From Antedon mediterranea (Eukaryota; Animalia; Echinodermata): DNA of 64,000 nt. The stretch covers positions 34,841,648 to 34,905,647 of the forward strand of contig NC_092673.1 of the NCBI RefSeq assembly GCF_964355755.1. Reading direction: 5' to 3'. The translations under genes were made by a program, and so were the position numbers. This document shows, in pieces, positions 25,400 to 39,497 of this stretch; the stretch's first letter is position 1, and every line of letters begins with the position of its first letter. The notes below the pieces were generated by a model. The model was not told the DNA's origin, did not search any database, and saw only the letters and a program-made list of their open reading frames with translations.

Positions 25400-25805
25400 A
25401 CTAAAAAAAAGAAATCGGGATTCACATTGTCATATCCATGTATCATTCTGAAAATCTGATCCGGTATTTTCATCTCTCCGCAAGTCGTCTTGTCAAATAC
25501 CGGATCAGTCGGGTTGTCGCTTTTGGTGTGGACATTTTGTCGGGTGTTCTCTTTGGTAGGAGATTTGTGTTATGGTGAACTCGGAACCGCTATTCATATG
25601 TCTGGTGGAGACTATGCATACTTCTTGTTTGCGTTTGGTCAACTGCCAGCCTTCCTCTTACTGTGGGTGACTATTCTGAACATACGCCCTACTGCTCAAG
25701 CGATCGTGGCCATTACTTTTGGACAATATCTGTTGGAACCATTCTTCGGAAGTCATTGTGAAACACCTGAAAGTGTTGTTCGATTACTGGCAGCACTTTG
25801 CATTT
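25400..25805 (+). pseudogene. Orphan exon of an SLC7 (LAT/y+LAT-type) amino-acid transporter
   Basis: KKEIG...[24 protein letters not shown]...LCYGELGT...SGGDYAY...[10 protein letters not shown]...[19 protein letters not shown]...C..P...VRLLAALCI, donor GTAAGT at 25806; stop and frameshift at the 5' end; no further exons recognised. Confidence 0.85.
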
Positions 25806-27711
25806 GTAAGTATAAATCAAAGTACTTTTTAATATTGAAATCCTTGAGAACTCCTCCAGGAATCAATAGTGTCTCCTTAATAAGTTAGAGATGGCCCCTA
25901 AAAAAGGTTAACTATAAAACATATTTCTCCTTGTGCTTTTCATGGAAAATTCCCCTTTGTGTCCCTGAATAGAAGCTGTCCTACTGTATTTTTCTAAAAA
26001 ATAAAATATTATAAAGAAACTCAAAAATTGAATGTCAACTTCGAGTCTAATCTCATCCTCTACTTTATGTTTGATTTCACAAAAACTAGGCATATCCCCA
26101 GGTATAAAGTACCAGTTATTGACTTTTAGTCTGGATGTAGGCCTCCCTCTCTCTAGCCAGTTCATGGGTTCAAGAAAGTATTGTTGATATAAAATTTGCG
26201 GTACACCATGGGTATTAGTTCTGAAAAGAACTGTTGAGTTACTCGAACTATAATACACAGTTTGTACCGCAAACTTTATATCAACATTTGATTTCGCCAT
26301 GCAAACCTTCAAACAATACTGTATATTTAAGAAAGTACTATACCAATCTTTTTTTTCCAGGGTTTCCCCGGATATAGTCCTACCACCCAAAGTCAGTCTG
26401 CTTTCGTGTTCTAGGGGGTGGGATTAAACCAGAGGATGGGATTAAACCAGAGGATTTACGTTATTTTTAGCCATGGTTGCTGGTTGATATTCAGATATTG
26501 CGTTTATTGATGATATTGATTGATGTACATTTTGTGGAACCTTCTGGTATTAAACAATACTAAAATTACTGGTACTACAGATACAGTAGTATTGTAGTTA
26601 ATAGTATTTACCATTACATTATTTTTATCTAGTTAAACTGTTCATAAATTTATACTATACGTTACTTTGTACATTTTTTGCTGGTAAAAAATGTTGAATG
26701 GGTGAATTAATTTCCATCCCACTCATTTTTTTTATATAAATTATTTACTGCGTTATTCGATGAACCACGTTTTCTGTGCATTACCAGCATTGTGCTGGTT
26801 TTATAGGGTGGAGTTACAGTACTGAATGTACTGTACACAGTTTAAAATTAGCTACAGTACCTTCTGTGGGGCCTGTTTCTATTGAGCAGGAATTTTTAAA
26901 AGCTTTCATTTTAAAAATGGGTTTTCCTTGATCACATAAAAAGGAACCGGTCTTAATCACCAAGAATAGCTTTTTTAAAGCGGTCATGTAGCAGAATTGA
27001 TCAGACAGTGGTGTGTGTTGTTGTTTTTTTTTAAATTAGGGCCGCGGTGCAGACAACCTGGTTCATACTCTTAAATTTACACACCGAGTGCTGTTATGAT
27101 GCGCACTCTTTGCACTCCCGTGCACGATACTGACAAAATAAAGAGCGGACATGTGACTCATTTTAACAGCTACAGTACATCCTTGAACCCATGTTATAAT
27201 AATTATTAACGTATTATCAGGGAGTGAATAACAACTCCCTGGTATTATCATGGTCTCTGAGTGTCACAAACCAAGACTACTCTCTGTTGTTTACAGAACC
27301 AACCATGAACAATTACCAAATAAGAGACCAGTTAAATTTTGATTAAAAATTATAAAATAAATCAAATAGATTAAAACTCAATAATAACAGTTTTTGGCAA
27401 ATAATTAAAGCTATTGAATAAATATTCTTGTTTATGGATCTTATCATCAAGATGCTTCTTTATGGTAGCACGTGGCCTTTAGGATATGGAAATCTGTTAT
27501 GGAGAGAAATGTGGTGAAATAGTAAAGTTCAACATGCACTTGCTCCTGTAGTGATTCCTCCCCTTTGTTCAAGTTCCCTGGAGCTCTAAGTTCAAGGCTA
27601 AACCTACTTCCAGTCTTGTTATAACAATAGGACATGATGTAAGTCCCGCCAGTAGCTGTGTTAATCCCAAACTCCAGAATTTAGACACAAAGCCTTTTAT
27701 CTATATATAAA

Positions 27712-28100
27712 TTATGGTTAATTCTGACATAGGCGAGCACAATGCAAAAACTTCGGTACAAATCTCCGCCTTGGATACCTACCGTATCTATCTGAGATGT
27801 ACCGCGAAACGTAGATTTGATAACATTAGTGTTCACAGCGACGCTATTGTTCCATATTTCTATCTGTTAGGCCTATAAAGAGTTTTTTAACACAATTTAT
27901 GATTTCAACATTAGATTTTCATCTCAATTTCAATTCAATCAATACAGTGTCCCTTTGGAAGACGAAAAAAAAATCAGATATAGGCCTATCCATTTCAGTT
28001 TTTTGTTTATTTTAAAACATACCGCGCGCATGTGTGAAGGTACAGTAGTTAAATAATAGGAATTATACTGCAAATTAATAAAGATCAAATTAAATATACG
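27712..28100 (+). repeat. Dispersed repeat also present in the DED-like gene introns
   Basis: TTATGGTTAATTCTGA.ATAGGCGAGCACAATG... matches 19329-19525 and 9831-10120 at lower identity. Confidence 0.75.
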
Positions 28101-30669
28101 CCATAAAGAATCAGAATATATTGTGGGGAATAGTATTATAAAATTACATAGGGAGATTTGATGATAAGACATTTTTCGAGTGAAATCCCGATAGCTGAGT
28201 TTTATTGAGTAAGCTTGCAGGAATAACTGTAGGCTATCTTCCTGTGTCCCGTTAGGACCGAGATGTCTGCCCATGTCTTCTTTCGTGGGCCCACTCTGTC
28301 ACGGCAGTTAGTTTCAAAAGATGATTAAATTAAATAATGTCTTAATAATTATTAGGATGGTATTCATTTGAATAAACGCCTCTCCAATAAAACATCACTT
28401 TGAATAATAACCCCCGACCCCCCCCCCCCCCCACCCCCAACCCAACTATCTAATAAACGTCCATCCACATATTTATAATAACACAATTATACTATTTGTA
28501 GTAGAATTCACCGCACTGTTATCTACAATTTACCAAGCATTTGTTATTCTTTTTTACCACTTTTCATATCTATTAGAGGATTTCATTTGATTATAAATGT
28601 TACCATTATTAAAACTAAAAAATGTAACATATATCCCTCGAATAAGCACCTCCCTCAAATGACATCCGCCTCCACAAAGGGCCCTACCAAACAATAAAAA
28701 CTATACTTTCAAATGTTATTAATCATCTAAAACACGGTGAAACGAAGTAGTTTAGTTTTACGAATGTCAAGCATTTTCAATAATGGTAACCGACAGAAAA
28801 CGTATAAGGAGAACATTATCATTCCGAGAACCATCGTCTACACTTCCTAGAGGGGGAGCGAGCGAAGCGAGCTCACCCTCTAGTTACTGAAATTTCTTTA
28901 AAATACTGTAAGCTGTACATTGTGTGGCGATTATAAACCTGATTAATTTAATATGGCTTGTGTAAAGTTCCATTTTATTTTTTAATTCAATTGGATTAAT
29001 TAAAATGTGAGAGGTTTGAAAACTTTAATTTAATTGAATCATTAAATTTAATGAATATTTGGTTCTGTACAAGTAAATTATATAGATTTAGGTAGAAACT
29101 GTAAATAATCAACATTATTCCTATGGCACCTTATTAATTATTTGCATAATGATGGTAACAGTACTATTCTAAGAAAAGAACTTTAAAACAAATCTTTTAA
29201 TTTTTAAGAATGTTGTTTTGTGCAGCTGAAGAAACAGTTCTTTAAAGTTTGGATGACATTTATTTTTAGGATGTACTGTACTGTAGTACTAGTAGTATCA
29301 TCAACATTCTGATGTGTTGTTTTGATCTAGGCCTACTGTATAAACTTCTTAAATTATATAATTATTGGATAGATGGCTCTTTGCCAAATTGTCTGTCTAC
29401 CTACCATTAGGCCTGGCATGTTGCCCATGGAGAAATTGTTTGTCTCTATCAACACAACACACATGTTTACTGATATCTATTTATAGTCCCGCTCATTGTT
29501 ATTTCCTATCCTACATTATTATACTCTCTCAACAATGAATTATATTATATAGATTGATTATACAGCAAATTAAAATAGTGTTATTTTGGAACATTTCCAA
29601 AGTTATATACACAAGTGATATTATGTAAATTTTGTACATTTTTCACAGAAAATAAATAAATAAGATGTAGAGTTGCACAATACATTTAAACTATTGTGCA
29701 GTAATCGTCTTGGCAGGAAAATTTAAATAAAAAGATTATTTCTGTTGGAAAATTTGGGTGTTTACAGAGCTCTCCTCACCTTGCTATGCACATGTATAAT
29801 AACTAATTTTATTTTTTAGTAGAAGAAAAATGCTGCAGTAGATTTCAGTTGTTTTTACGCATAATAATAATAACACCATTCTGTGCATATTTTGCACATT
29901 TTCTGATCGTTCATAGAATGATTGATACTGTGCGTTAATTATCCAAAATTTTTGTGGAGAAAATAAGAATACTAATTCATTTCATGTCATTATTAATTCG
30001 GTCTATTTCAGTATACATAACAAAAAAAACCTGAAATTGACCAGGGTCAACCTAGAAATTTAACTTAATCACTGTAGCTGAGCCGGTTGACCCGGCCAAT
30101 TCAATTATTTTATACAAGGATAGGGCTACCTTATAATAATAGTAGTTATATGGTGAAACAGGGCCTACAATGCATACAGTGGTGATTCATTTGAGAATGG
30201 TCGACATTATCCATTAATTCTAGATCTCATACTACTGATACTATTCATAACTTTTTGTATTAAACCAGACTATCAGCACAATAGGCCTACAATAGCTGCA
30301 TTTTTTGTTGGTTTTTATAATGTCGCATGAAACCCACTCGCATTGTTGATTTAATAGCAATGAAATTAATGAACTATCTATTTTATAGTTAGTTTGATTT
30401 GAACTGTACCGTCTTTTTGATTTTATTGTTATAGTTATTTTGATTGGCTATTTGCTTTTGATTTCTTTATCGACTATAATCTGATTGGTCCTTGATACTA
30501 TATAGAAAGTCTACAGTATATCATTTGTTTAGTTGATAGACTGGTTTCAATTGATACAATATCAGCAATTTACATTGAACTTCAATCTACAATGCAATCA
30601 TTATTATGATATCTCTACTGACTAATTACTGGTTTCAGTATCAACATTAAATTTCATACTTCTGTACTT

Positions 30670-32901
30670 TTTTTTTTCTCTTTCGTGGGGGTCACCCACA
30701 TTTATTCATTCCTTTTACAAATATATATTACATAACATACATACATTTTTATAAAATAAAGAACAATAAAATGCAATATAACAGCTAAAAAGGCACTATA
30801 TCTATACATGTACATAAAATCGATGGAGTAAAAGTATGCTTTAAAAACGTACATTTTATGTTTATTGCAAGTTATAGTAAAAGTACAACTATTTATCATT
30901 TAAATTTACTTTATATTAAGAAATGTATTAAAAAGTAGCTGTTTCTTTTATTATATCTTAAATCAGTACTCACAATTTGTTTCTTTATTTCTTTTGACCT
31001 TATATTACATCCGTTACAAATAATTATATACACACATACACACATTAATATACCTATTTACATTTACGAATCAGTTTAATATAGTTATTATAAACACATT
31101 ATATGCTACTTTTTATGTTTTGGCCTTGTATAACATTTGTTTCACTCCACTATTTCTATTCCTTTAAAGTTCTTTTCTTACTATGTTGGCCCTTTACATT
31201 TACCAGTTTGTTTACTTATATGCTTGACCGTGTGTTTCAGTCTATGTTTTACCCTAATACATTTATTTCTATCATGTATTAGTTTTAGTATAAGTCTAGG
31301 TGTTAGTTTTACACTACAGCTTGTACTAGTTTTATATTTTTCTTATTTTATGAATTCTAATAATTTAATTTTAACATCATTCCATTTTATAACTGCTTTA
31401 TACTGATTACATGCGTATTCATTTTCTATAAGATTTTTTAATTCAAACTTAAACATATTCAAGATACTTTTTGATTCGTTACCCATCATGTTATCTAATA
31501 AACTAAGCCTTATGCGGGATTTGTATATACAAAACGTAAAGATAGATGTTAGCTCATTTACAAGTTTATCTTTGGAACCAGTAACTATATCAAACCAATG
31601 TATTGGCGTTTCATTGGGAAAACATTCAACAATAAGATTATTGAATTTCCTCCAAACTGGCTTAATCACTTTACACTTAAGTAACATATGTTCTTCGTTT
31701 TCTATCACATTCTTACATCTATCGCAAATATTAGTTTTAGACAATTTCCAAATATGTAATCTTTTATTACAAACAAGTATGCGATGTAAAAGTTTAAAAT
31801 TGAATTGCGCAACTTTTACCATATGTTTCATATCTTTGACTTTATTATTCCATATTTTGTTCCATACCATAGTCTTATTTAAAAACTCTGCTTCCCATTT
31901 TACTTGGGAGATTGGCACTGTCTTTAGTTCAAATATAAACTTATCATAAAAACCTGTTTTAACATTTGATTTGAATAATTCATTTTTAATATCAACATTA
32001 ACTTGTTCTTTCTCTAATCTATGTCGTGCCAATACTTCCTTCCATTCAATAGGAATAGCATTCATGAGCTTGAAGTATTCTATTATCCCATTATGCTTTA
32101 CTAATAACGTGGGAATTAAATCTCTAAGACTTACAATTGTGTTATTGACCAAAATGTCACCAATTGTTTTATAGCCCGACTTTAACCAATCTTTGAAGTA
32201 TAAAGACTTTCCGTCTGACAGTATATGTTTATTTTCCCACAAGGTTTGAGATTTAATTTCCTGTACATTTTGAGGATCTAACATTTCAATATTATTTATT
32301 TTCACAATTGCATTAATCATATTTAAATAAAATTCAGGCATAATTTGTAATTGTTTATGCTCTTCAAAATTAAGCCTACTTATCTCTAATGTACATTCTA
32401 TAGGGTACATGTAATATTTTGGAATACATTTCCACTTGCCTGGGTCTGGGCTAAGTAGTCTCTTAACCCAGTTTAGCTTTAACGAGTTCACAACTACATA
32501 AAAATCAATCATATTAACCCCTCCTTCTTCTATTTTATTTATAAGTGTTTTCCTCTTAATCTTTTCTTTTTTATTTCCCCATAGGAATCTATACAGTAAC
32601 TTCTCTACCATTGGAAATACATGTTTTGGTACATTGATAATACTAGCATTGTATATTAATTTTGAAATTGCTAGACTTTTAATTATTATCATTTTTCCAA
32701 AGAAGGTAAGGTGTCGTTTTTCCCATAGCCTTAAAGTATGTTCTAACTCCATAATTTTATCATCCCAGTTTTTTTTTTCACAAACACCTTTTTTATAGCC
32801 TACATAAATTCCGAGGAATTTCACTGGCTCTTTCGTCCAAGTGATACCACAAGGGGTTGCTAGGTTATTCTGAATTGATCCAATCCAGATTCCTTCTTCT
32901 T
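30670..32901 (-). mobile_element. L1/Tx1-clade LINE, 5'-truncated, with poly(A) and 11-bp TSD
   Basis: ORF2 C-terminus (KFLGIYVG, GKMIIIKSLAISKLIY, EEGGVNMIDF, CDRC...EHMLLKC zinc knuckle); ~660-bp 3' UTR; A-tail at 30668-30678; TSD CTTCTGTACTT at 30659-30669 and 32902-32912. Confidence 0.93.
31343..32895 (-). CDS. L1/Tx1 ORF2 C-terminal part (post-RT region and zf-RVT), open but 5'-truncated
   Basis: Uninterrupted 493-aa ORF that extends upstream to EGIWIG at the truncation point. Confidence 0.85.
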
Positions 32902-35689
32902 CTTCTGTACTTAATAAAGATACAAAATATATTTTTATGAGTTTATGAATATGGTGAGAAATATTTGAAAGGTTGTTCTATTTACGAAGCGGAGCCAAGT
33001 AAAATTAAATTAAATTAAGTTATTTCAACAAAAATCAACATATCAAAATACAGTTTATCTTGTATTAAATTGAGGAGAAAATGTGGAATAAGTGGAAACA
33101 TGATTTAGGCTGGGAGACTCCTATTAGACAAAAACAGGAGTGGTGGCATGTATAATACTAAACTAAAAAGTAATAAGAAATATATTAGAATAATATTTTT
33201 TTACAGTTGAAATAAATAAATTTCTGAAATGAATAATAATTTTTTAATCATTAAAAACTGGGTGTTATTGTTAAAGAAAACATTTAGCGCACATGTGACT
33301 AAAGTACAGTAATAGTAACAGAAAGAAAACAACACTATAGGTCAAAGCAGTTGTTACTATCAAATTCCATGAATTCATTCATCTAAAATGTACGGCAACA
33401 TTCTGTGTGACGAGGCTGCTGTAGTAGAACACATGTTGAGATTAAATCTTAGCGCTACAACCCATGCTCATGCTTCTATAATTGCATCACTTTTGTTTCG
33501 TCTAGCACTACACGTGGTATAAGTTCTACTATACAATTTCTTGTTTGTACAGTAAAAGTGAAATGATAGTACAATAACTAGACTATAGATACAAAAAAAT
33601 TAAGCCTAAAAAAGTGTTTACACTATTGTCCAAAATTTCATGAAAATTTAAGGTTGATTTTGTTTTTGAAAATTAAGATTTAAGATTAATACAAATTTTA
33701 CTATTTACAGTAAATTTTAAATTATATTTGTAATAAAACGACGCTTTCCATAGCTTTCCATAATGTTTTTGAATATTTAGTAAGAACAAACTGTATGTAT
33801 AAAATTGCATTCAATACAATTGTACTGATTTCTTTGAATGAAAAAAGAAATTTAAAATAAAACAATTATGCTGATTCTAAAGACCTTATAATAGTAATAT
33901 TGTGTTTTAATTTTAAATCCGAGTATAAAGAGTTTAAAGATAAAATAAAAAATGTCAAATAATTTAAAATTCAGTAAGTAGTTGTTTGTACACTAGTACG
34001 TATCAAGCTTTTATTGCAGCTTAAAATATGAATCATAAAATCTGCCCACAGTTGTTGTGCAATTTCAAATTTAAAATACTAAATTCAGTACAAATTATCG
34101 ACTATTTATTAAAACCATATTTTCTCAAATGATGTTTTTGCATTTTGTGATTCACATTACAATGAAATTAATCTGTTTCTAATTAGAAATTTCAATAGTT
34201 AATAATCAAACCTGCTTTGAGCTGTAGTATTTCCCTATTTTGAATTTGATTTAACTGCTCGCTGTCGCATAGCTTTTGATTAAAAATGGCAAATAAGCAT
34301 ACTGTACTGTAGTAGGTATAATTGCTTGTTGTGAACATTTGGATAAAAACACTGCTCTTGTGTTTCCGGATTTGTTGAGAAGAGAGGCGATCATGTCAGA
34401 ATTGTGACCAAATTCAGTTTGGTACGCATTCAGTGTTTCAGATTTAAATTTTCTATAGCAGAGACATGTTTTACAAAGGTTTTGTTATTCTGTAAAGCGA
34501 CAAGTAAAATCAAACCTCAATATTCATTTTCACAATGCTCAACATGCCTTCTGCAATCGATATATGTGTAGCCGCGTGGTGCATTGTGAAAACGAAACAT
34601 TGAATTACCCGTTAACAAAACCTTTGGATTTATTCCAATATTATTTTTAAATGATTTGTTGGCAAACACTGATTTTGTTTTTTCCAATGAGATATTTCCA
34701 TTCTGTTTTCTTGGCCTGTGACCAATAGGTGAATGTAGACTGTGTTTATTTAAACCTTGATTCACATTCTTAACAAACTGTTAAACATAAAGACATTTTA
34801 TTTTCATGACTCTAAATTTCCGTAATGTATAAGATCAATTGGTTAAAGGCTTGTTACTTTTTTAAGCCCTGTGGAAAATGTTGAAGAATCTTTTATTGTA
34901 AAATACTGAATTTAATTTAATTGTTTTTTTTCTGTTTTTGTAGATTTAAAAAGTCCACAAAATACAAATTTGAATACCCTGTGTACAGTACAAACGATAA
35001 AAAACATGAAATTATACACATTGGTAATAATAAATTTTTAAGACAAATATATTAATATTTTATTTAAGAAGATCACAAATATAATAAATATGATAATAAG
35101 CAAATTATAAATATTTTTTAGTTTTAAATCCAAGATAATAAATTTAGATATTTGTATTGTTTTTTGTAAATTTCTCTTAGTATTCACATGCAGTACAGTG
35201 CAGTAGGACTACTGAAAAAAAACCACAATTTAAAGTATTTTTTGTACACATTGATTATCATAAATCATTATGAATTGTAGTACATAGTACACGTAGATGC
35301 GGTTGATTCCACGTAGATGCTGTTGATTCTCCGTAGAATCATTTAAACAGATATTAAACATTAACCAATTACTTTTCTTAAGCATGTCATTTGCCAGGCC
35401 TAGCCATTATGCCTAGGCTTCGTTACCTTTTCTTCTTCGCTTTCCTAATCAGCATTCCAATTACTTGGCAGACCTTTAGGATTAAAGGTGCATTATGTAT
35501 ACTGCTATTGACGTAATAAATAGTTGTGATCATGTCCTAAAAATAAAATATCCTACTGTAGGCTATGGTTTGTGCTTGTATGTTTAATGATAGTTTTATA
35601 CTCGTAAAATACGTAAAAGCTTGTGTCACCATAAAGGTGTTCTTCTACAAGGCCGTGATCAACTAACAGTAATACATTACACATTTAAA

Positions 35690-36650
35690 AATAACAAATT
35701 TTAAACATAACAAATTTTAAAAATAACAAATTAGAGAACAAAAATATATGAGCAGAAACCTTAATTACATTTATGATAAGAGTACAAAATAAATAATAAA
35801 TCACACCAATAATTTTTTGAAAGTATTTAAATTTGTGGCATTTTGCATTGTTTTTTTTTAGAGTATTCCATAAACTAGCACCATGATATGAAAAACTTTT
35901 TTTTTTATATTCTGTTTTGGGTTTATCCAATTTTAATACATCCTTTGATCCTGTATTGTATCATTGTATGTGTCTAGTTTGGGTGTAAATAGTTCGTTTA
36001 GATATGGTGGTGCTTGATTATGGAATATTTTATATAACATTTTGGCTTCATTATTATGTAGTTGAGTATTAAGATTTATCCAGTTTAAGTTTTGCAGGGC
36101 TTGTGTACTTGAGTCGTATTTCCTTGTTTTTGTAATAATTTTGGCTGCTCTGGTTTGTAGCATTTGTATTTTTTTTATTTGATCTGCCCCACACAATATT
36201 ACAATAGTTAAACTGTGGAGAGATAATACTATTATACATTAAGCAAGATCCACGTTTTGGGACGAGATTTGAAGATTTTTTTAAGTAGTACAAGCCTGGC
36301 AATACTTTACTTTTAACATTATCTGTTTGTTTATCCCACAGTAAATATTCATCAATAACAACACCTAGATGTTTACAGCTTTTTACTCTTTGTAGCCGAA
36401 CATTGTCTATGTTTAAATTTAGATCAATGTTTGCTAATTTTGCAAGCCTTTGTTGTGTTCCTATAAACATACACTGAGTTTTATTTACATTTAGACTAAG
36501 CTTGTTATTTGCTAGCCATGATTTGATTTTTTTTAAAATCTTCATTAATTTTTGCAAGTACTTCATTTATATCAGAAGATGCAAAGTAAAGAGCTGTATC
36601 ATCTGCATACATACTAATCTGTATACTATTTACATGCTTTGGTAGATCAT
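35690..36650 (-). mobile_element. L2/Crack-type LINE 3' fragment, frameshifted
   Basis: MYADDTALYF, WLANNKLSLNVNKTQCMFIG, KHLGVVIDEYLLW, YCNIVWG, LQTRAAKII, APPYL, KKSFSYHGASLWN across shifting frames. Confidence 0.88.
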
Positions 36651-37585
36651 AATATATTTTCTTTATCTAGAGAAAACTTACAAACTCAACAAAAAGGCCT
36701 ACTTTAAACAAATTAAAAATACTAAATATTTTTTAAATACGTTTAACAATAATAGCGCATTTTTTTAAATGTAAAGATTGTTTTCAAGCTCAACATACGT
36801 GAGTTATGCTTTATTTGTAATAATTCGTTATTTTATTTCCCGTAGGAATGGTGTGGGCAGCACCCAAGTTGCTGCGACAAGAAATCCCCATCAAAGGCAG
36901 TCAGAAAGGAGACATCTACTCATTAGCAATAATATTATATGAAATAGTTTCACAAAACAATCCTTATGCAATATATGAAAAATCACCAAAAGGTACAGTT
37001 CACATTGCACGCTATTTGCTATTGAAGGTTGAACCAGTCAGTTCAGTCAGTAACAATTACCGTATATCACTAGTCATCATGTTATGGTGGCGATGTTAAA
37101 TGTCGGCAAATAATTACAAAAATAGACATATGACGTCAGAGAGCTGATCATCATTTTTTCATACGGTATCATACATGTAATATCACTCATAAACAAGTAG
37201 AAATTGTTTTTATCTAAATTTAAACGAAATTTATTTATTTAAAACGTGTGTTCATTTGTCACGTAGGCTAATCGCTGAAATAAAACGGTCTTTATTTCAG
37301 AGGTGATACGTCTGGTGATGAAGCGAGAGGAGCCTCCATTTCGTCCAATGAAACAAAGTCATTTTTCTGAAATAGCCAGTGATGGAACTCTAAACGGCTT
37401 ACCCACTGAACTACTAGATTTCGTCAAACAAGGATGGGAAGAGCTTCCCGAAGACAGACCAGATATACACTCATTTCGTCAGAAACTCAGGATCGTCAGG
37501 AAAGGCCGGTAAATCATGTGCTTGTTGTTAAATTATGGTATAAAGGAAGGAAGGTAGTTTTCTGAAGGATAGTTATGCGTCCCTG

Positions 37586-37682
37586 GGGTAGTTGCACAAG
37601 GAGTAGTTGCACAGGGGATAGTTGCACAGGGAGTAGTTGCACAGGGTGTAGTTGCACAGGGTGTAGTTGCACAGGGGTAGTT
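37586..37682 (+). repeat. 15-16-bp minisatellite GTAGTTGCACAGGG x6, intronic
   Basis: Six tandem units visible. Confidence 0.85.
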
Positions 37683-39497
37683 ATCTATGAATCTAACATT
37701 TTAAAACATATTTACACATTTTAGCAATGTATATCTATTTATTTGCTTTTTTATTGATTGTTTAGAAAAGAGAGTATAATGGACACAATGCTGGCGAAAA
37801 TGGAAAAAGTACACGGAAAACCTGGAGAAGGTTGTATTGGATAGAACAGGACAACTACTAGATGAGAAGAAGAAAACAGATGAATTACTTTACAGAATGC
37901 TGCCACCGTACGTACTTTACTTCAGTCTGTCTTTTTCACGGGGCGCCGTTTGGAACATTGTTTAAAGGGCTTCTTTTGTTAACGAAATAGGAATATTTCA
38001 AACGGCACCCGGTACATCAGACCCTTTCTTTTCGTGCCGGCAAATCTGAACAGCAAATCAAGCGTGCGGTACGGCGCAGAAATTTATTTTTTTATTTTTT
38101 ATTTTTTATTGTTCGCACTAAAATAAAAAGAAGTTATTTTATCAACAGAATTATAAATAGTTTATCAAATAAAAAACTTTGAATGATTTGGTATTGTATA
38201 AACTGAATATCCTTTATGTTGTAGTTCTGTTGCAGACTCACTGAAGCGTGGCAATGTTGTAGAAGGCAAGTTTTATCAAAATGTGACCATTTACTTTAGT
38301 GATATTGTCGGATTTACACAAATATCCGCTGAAAGTAATCCTCTACAAGTCATCGATTTCTTGAATGATCTTTACACGTGTTTTGATGCAATAATTGGGA
38401 AGTGTGACGTATACAAGGTTGGTAGGATTTGATATAACATAACACGAAAACAAAATAATGAAACATGCCAGGCTCTACGTGTTCGTTTTTGCGCGCACGA
38501 GAACGGGAAAAGGGGGAGGCTGCAAATTACTCCGTATTTGATCGTCAGCATGTGATTGCACTTGAACTTACACTATTACGGTTTAAGTAATTGTAATATG
38601 TAAATTAATTAAATTATGTAGCAAACTATATTAATCAATTTATATGAATCTAAAGGCCTATACTAGTCCGCTTTATTTTCGTTGCATAATACTAATAGTA
38701 ATATCAAAGTAAATAGAGTTAGAGAAAAGTAAGTTATTTTAGAATAAAAAAATAGACGTTTTGTTATTGTACTTAATGAATGTATTGTAAAATAGGTTGA
38801 AACAATAGGGGATGCGTACATGGTAGCAAGCGGTCTTCCTAAGAGAAATGGCGACAGACACGCGAGTGAAATAGCTAATATGGCACTTAATATTCTAGAC
38901 AGGGTGAAGACATTTATAATTCGACATATGCCGGAAAGGCAATTGGAAACACGAATAGGGATCAACTCTGGTAAATGTAAAGAAAGCCGATTTTCGGTAG
39001 GCCTACTGTATCATAGGTTATTTGGTAATACAGAATCACATGTGTTTCGCATGTATCGCCTAGTATCGTGACAATGACCTTACCCGTAACCTACTGTATT
39101 CTTACATGATACAGGCGCCACATGTGATACAAATGAGATGCTGTATTACCGAAATTCTTATGATACTGGGTAAACATTGTCGTATATGGAGATACAACAC
39201 TGGTAATTGCGTAAAGAAAGTATCAAGAAACCTATTAAAAACAAACAGTTATAAAATCAAAAGTATTTGGAAAATGAGATACAGATTCTTGATATAAGTT
39301 TATTATTTTGATTAAAATATTTCTAGGCACTATAGTGGCGGGTGTTGTCGGATTAACGATGCCTCGATATTGTCTCTTTGGTGACACTGTTAACACAGCT
39401 TCCAGAATGGAATCAAACGGCCTACCTCAACGTATACACATAAGTGAAAGCACTTACAATATTCTGAATACTATCGGAGGTTATAGAATGGATAAAC

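Larger units (their letters stand above)
18631..25408 (+). repeat. Segmental duplication, copy 2
   Basis: Colinear with 9481-15793. Confidence 0.95.

Noticed and set aside
25908-26460. 160-aa minus-strand ORF
   Set aside because: No recognisable motifs; it overlaps inverted repeats and a GGATTAAACCAGAGGAT doublet typical of a non-coding transposon end.
27447-27660. Slightly GC-richer segment that might be an exon
   Set aside because: No recognisable domain and stops in the plausible frames; cannot be supported without a database search.
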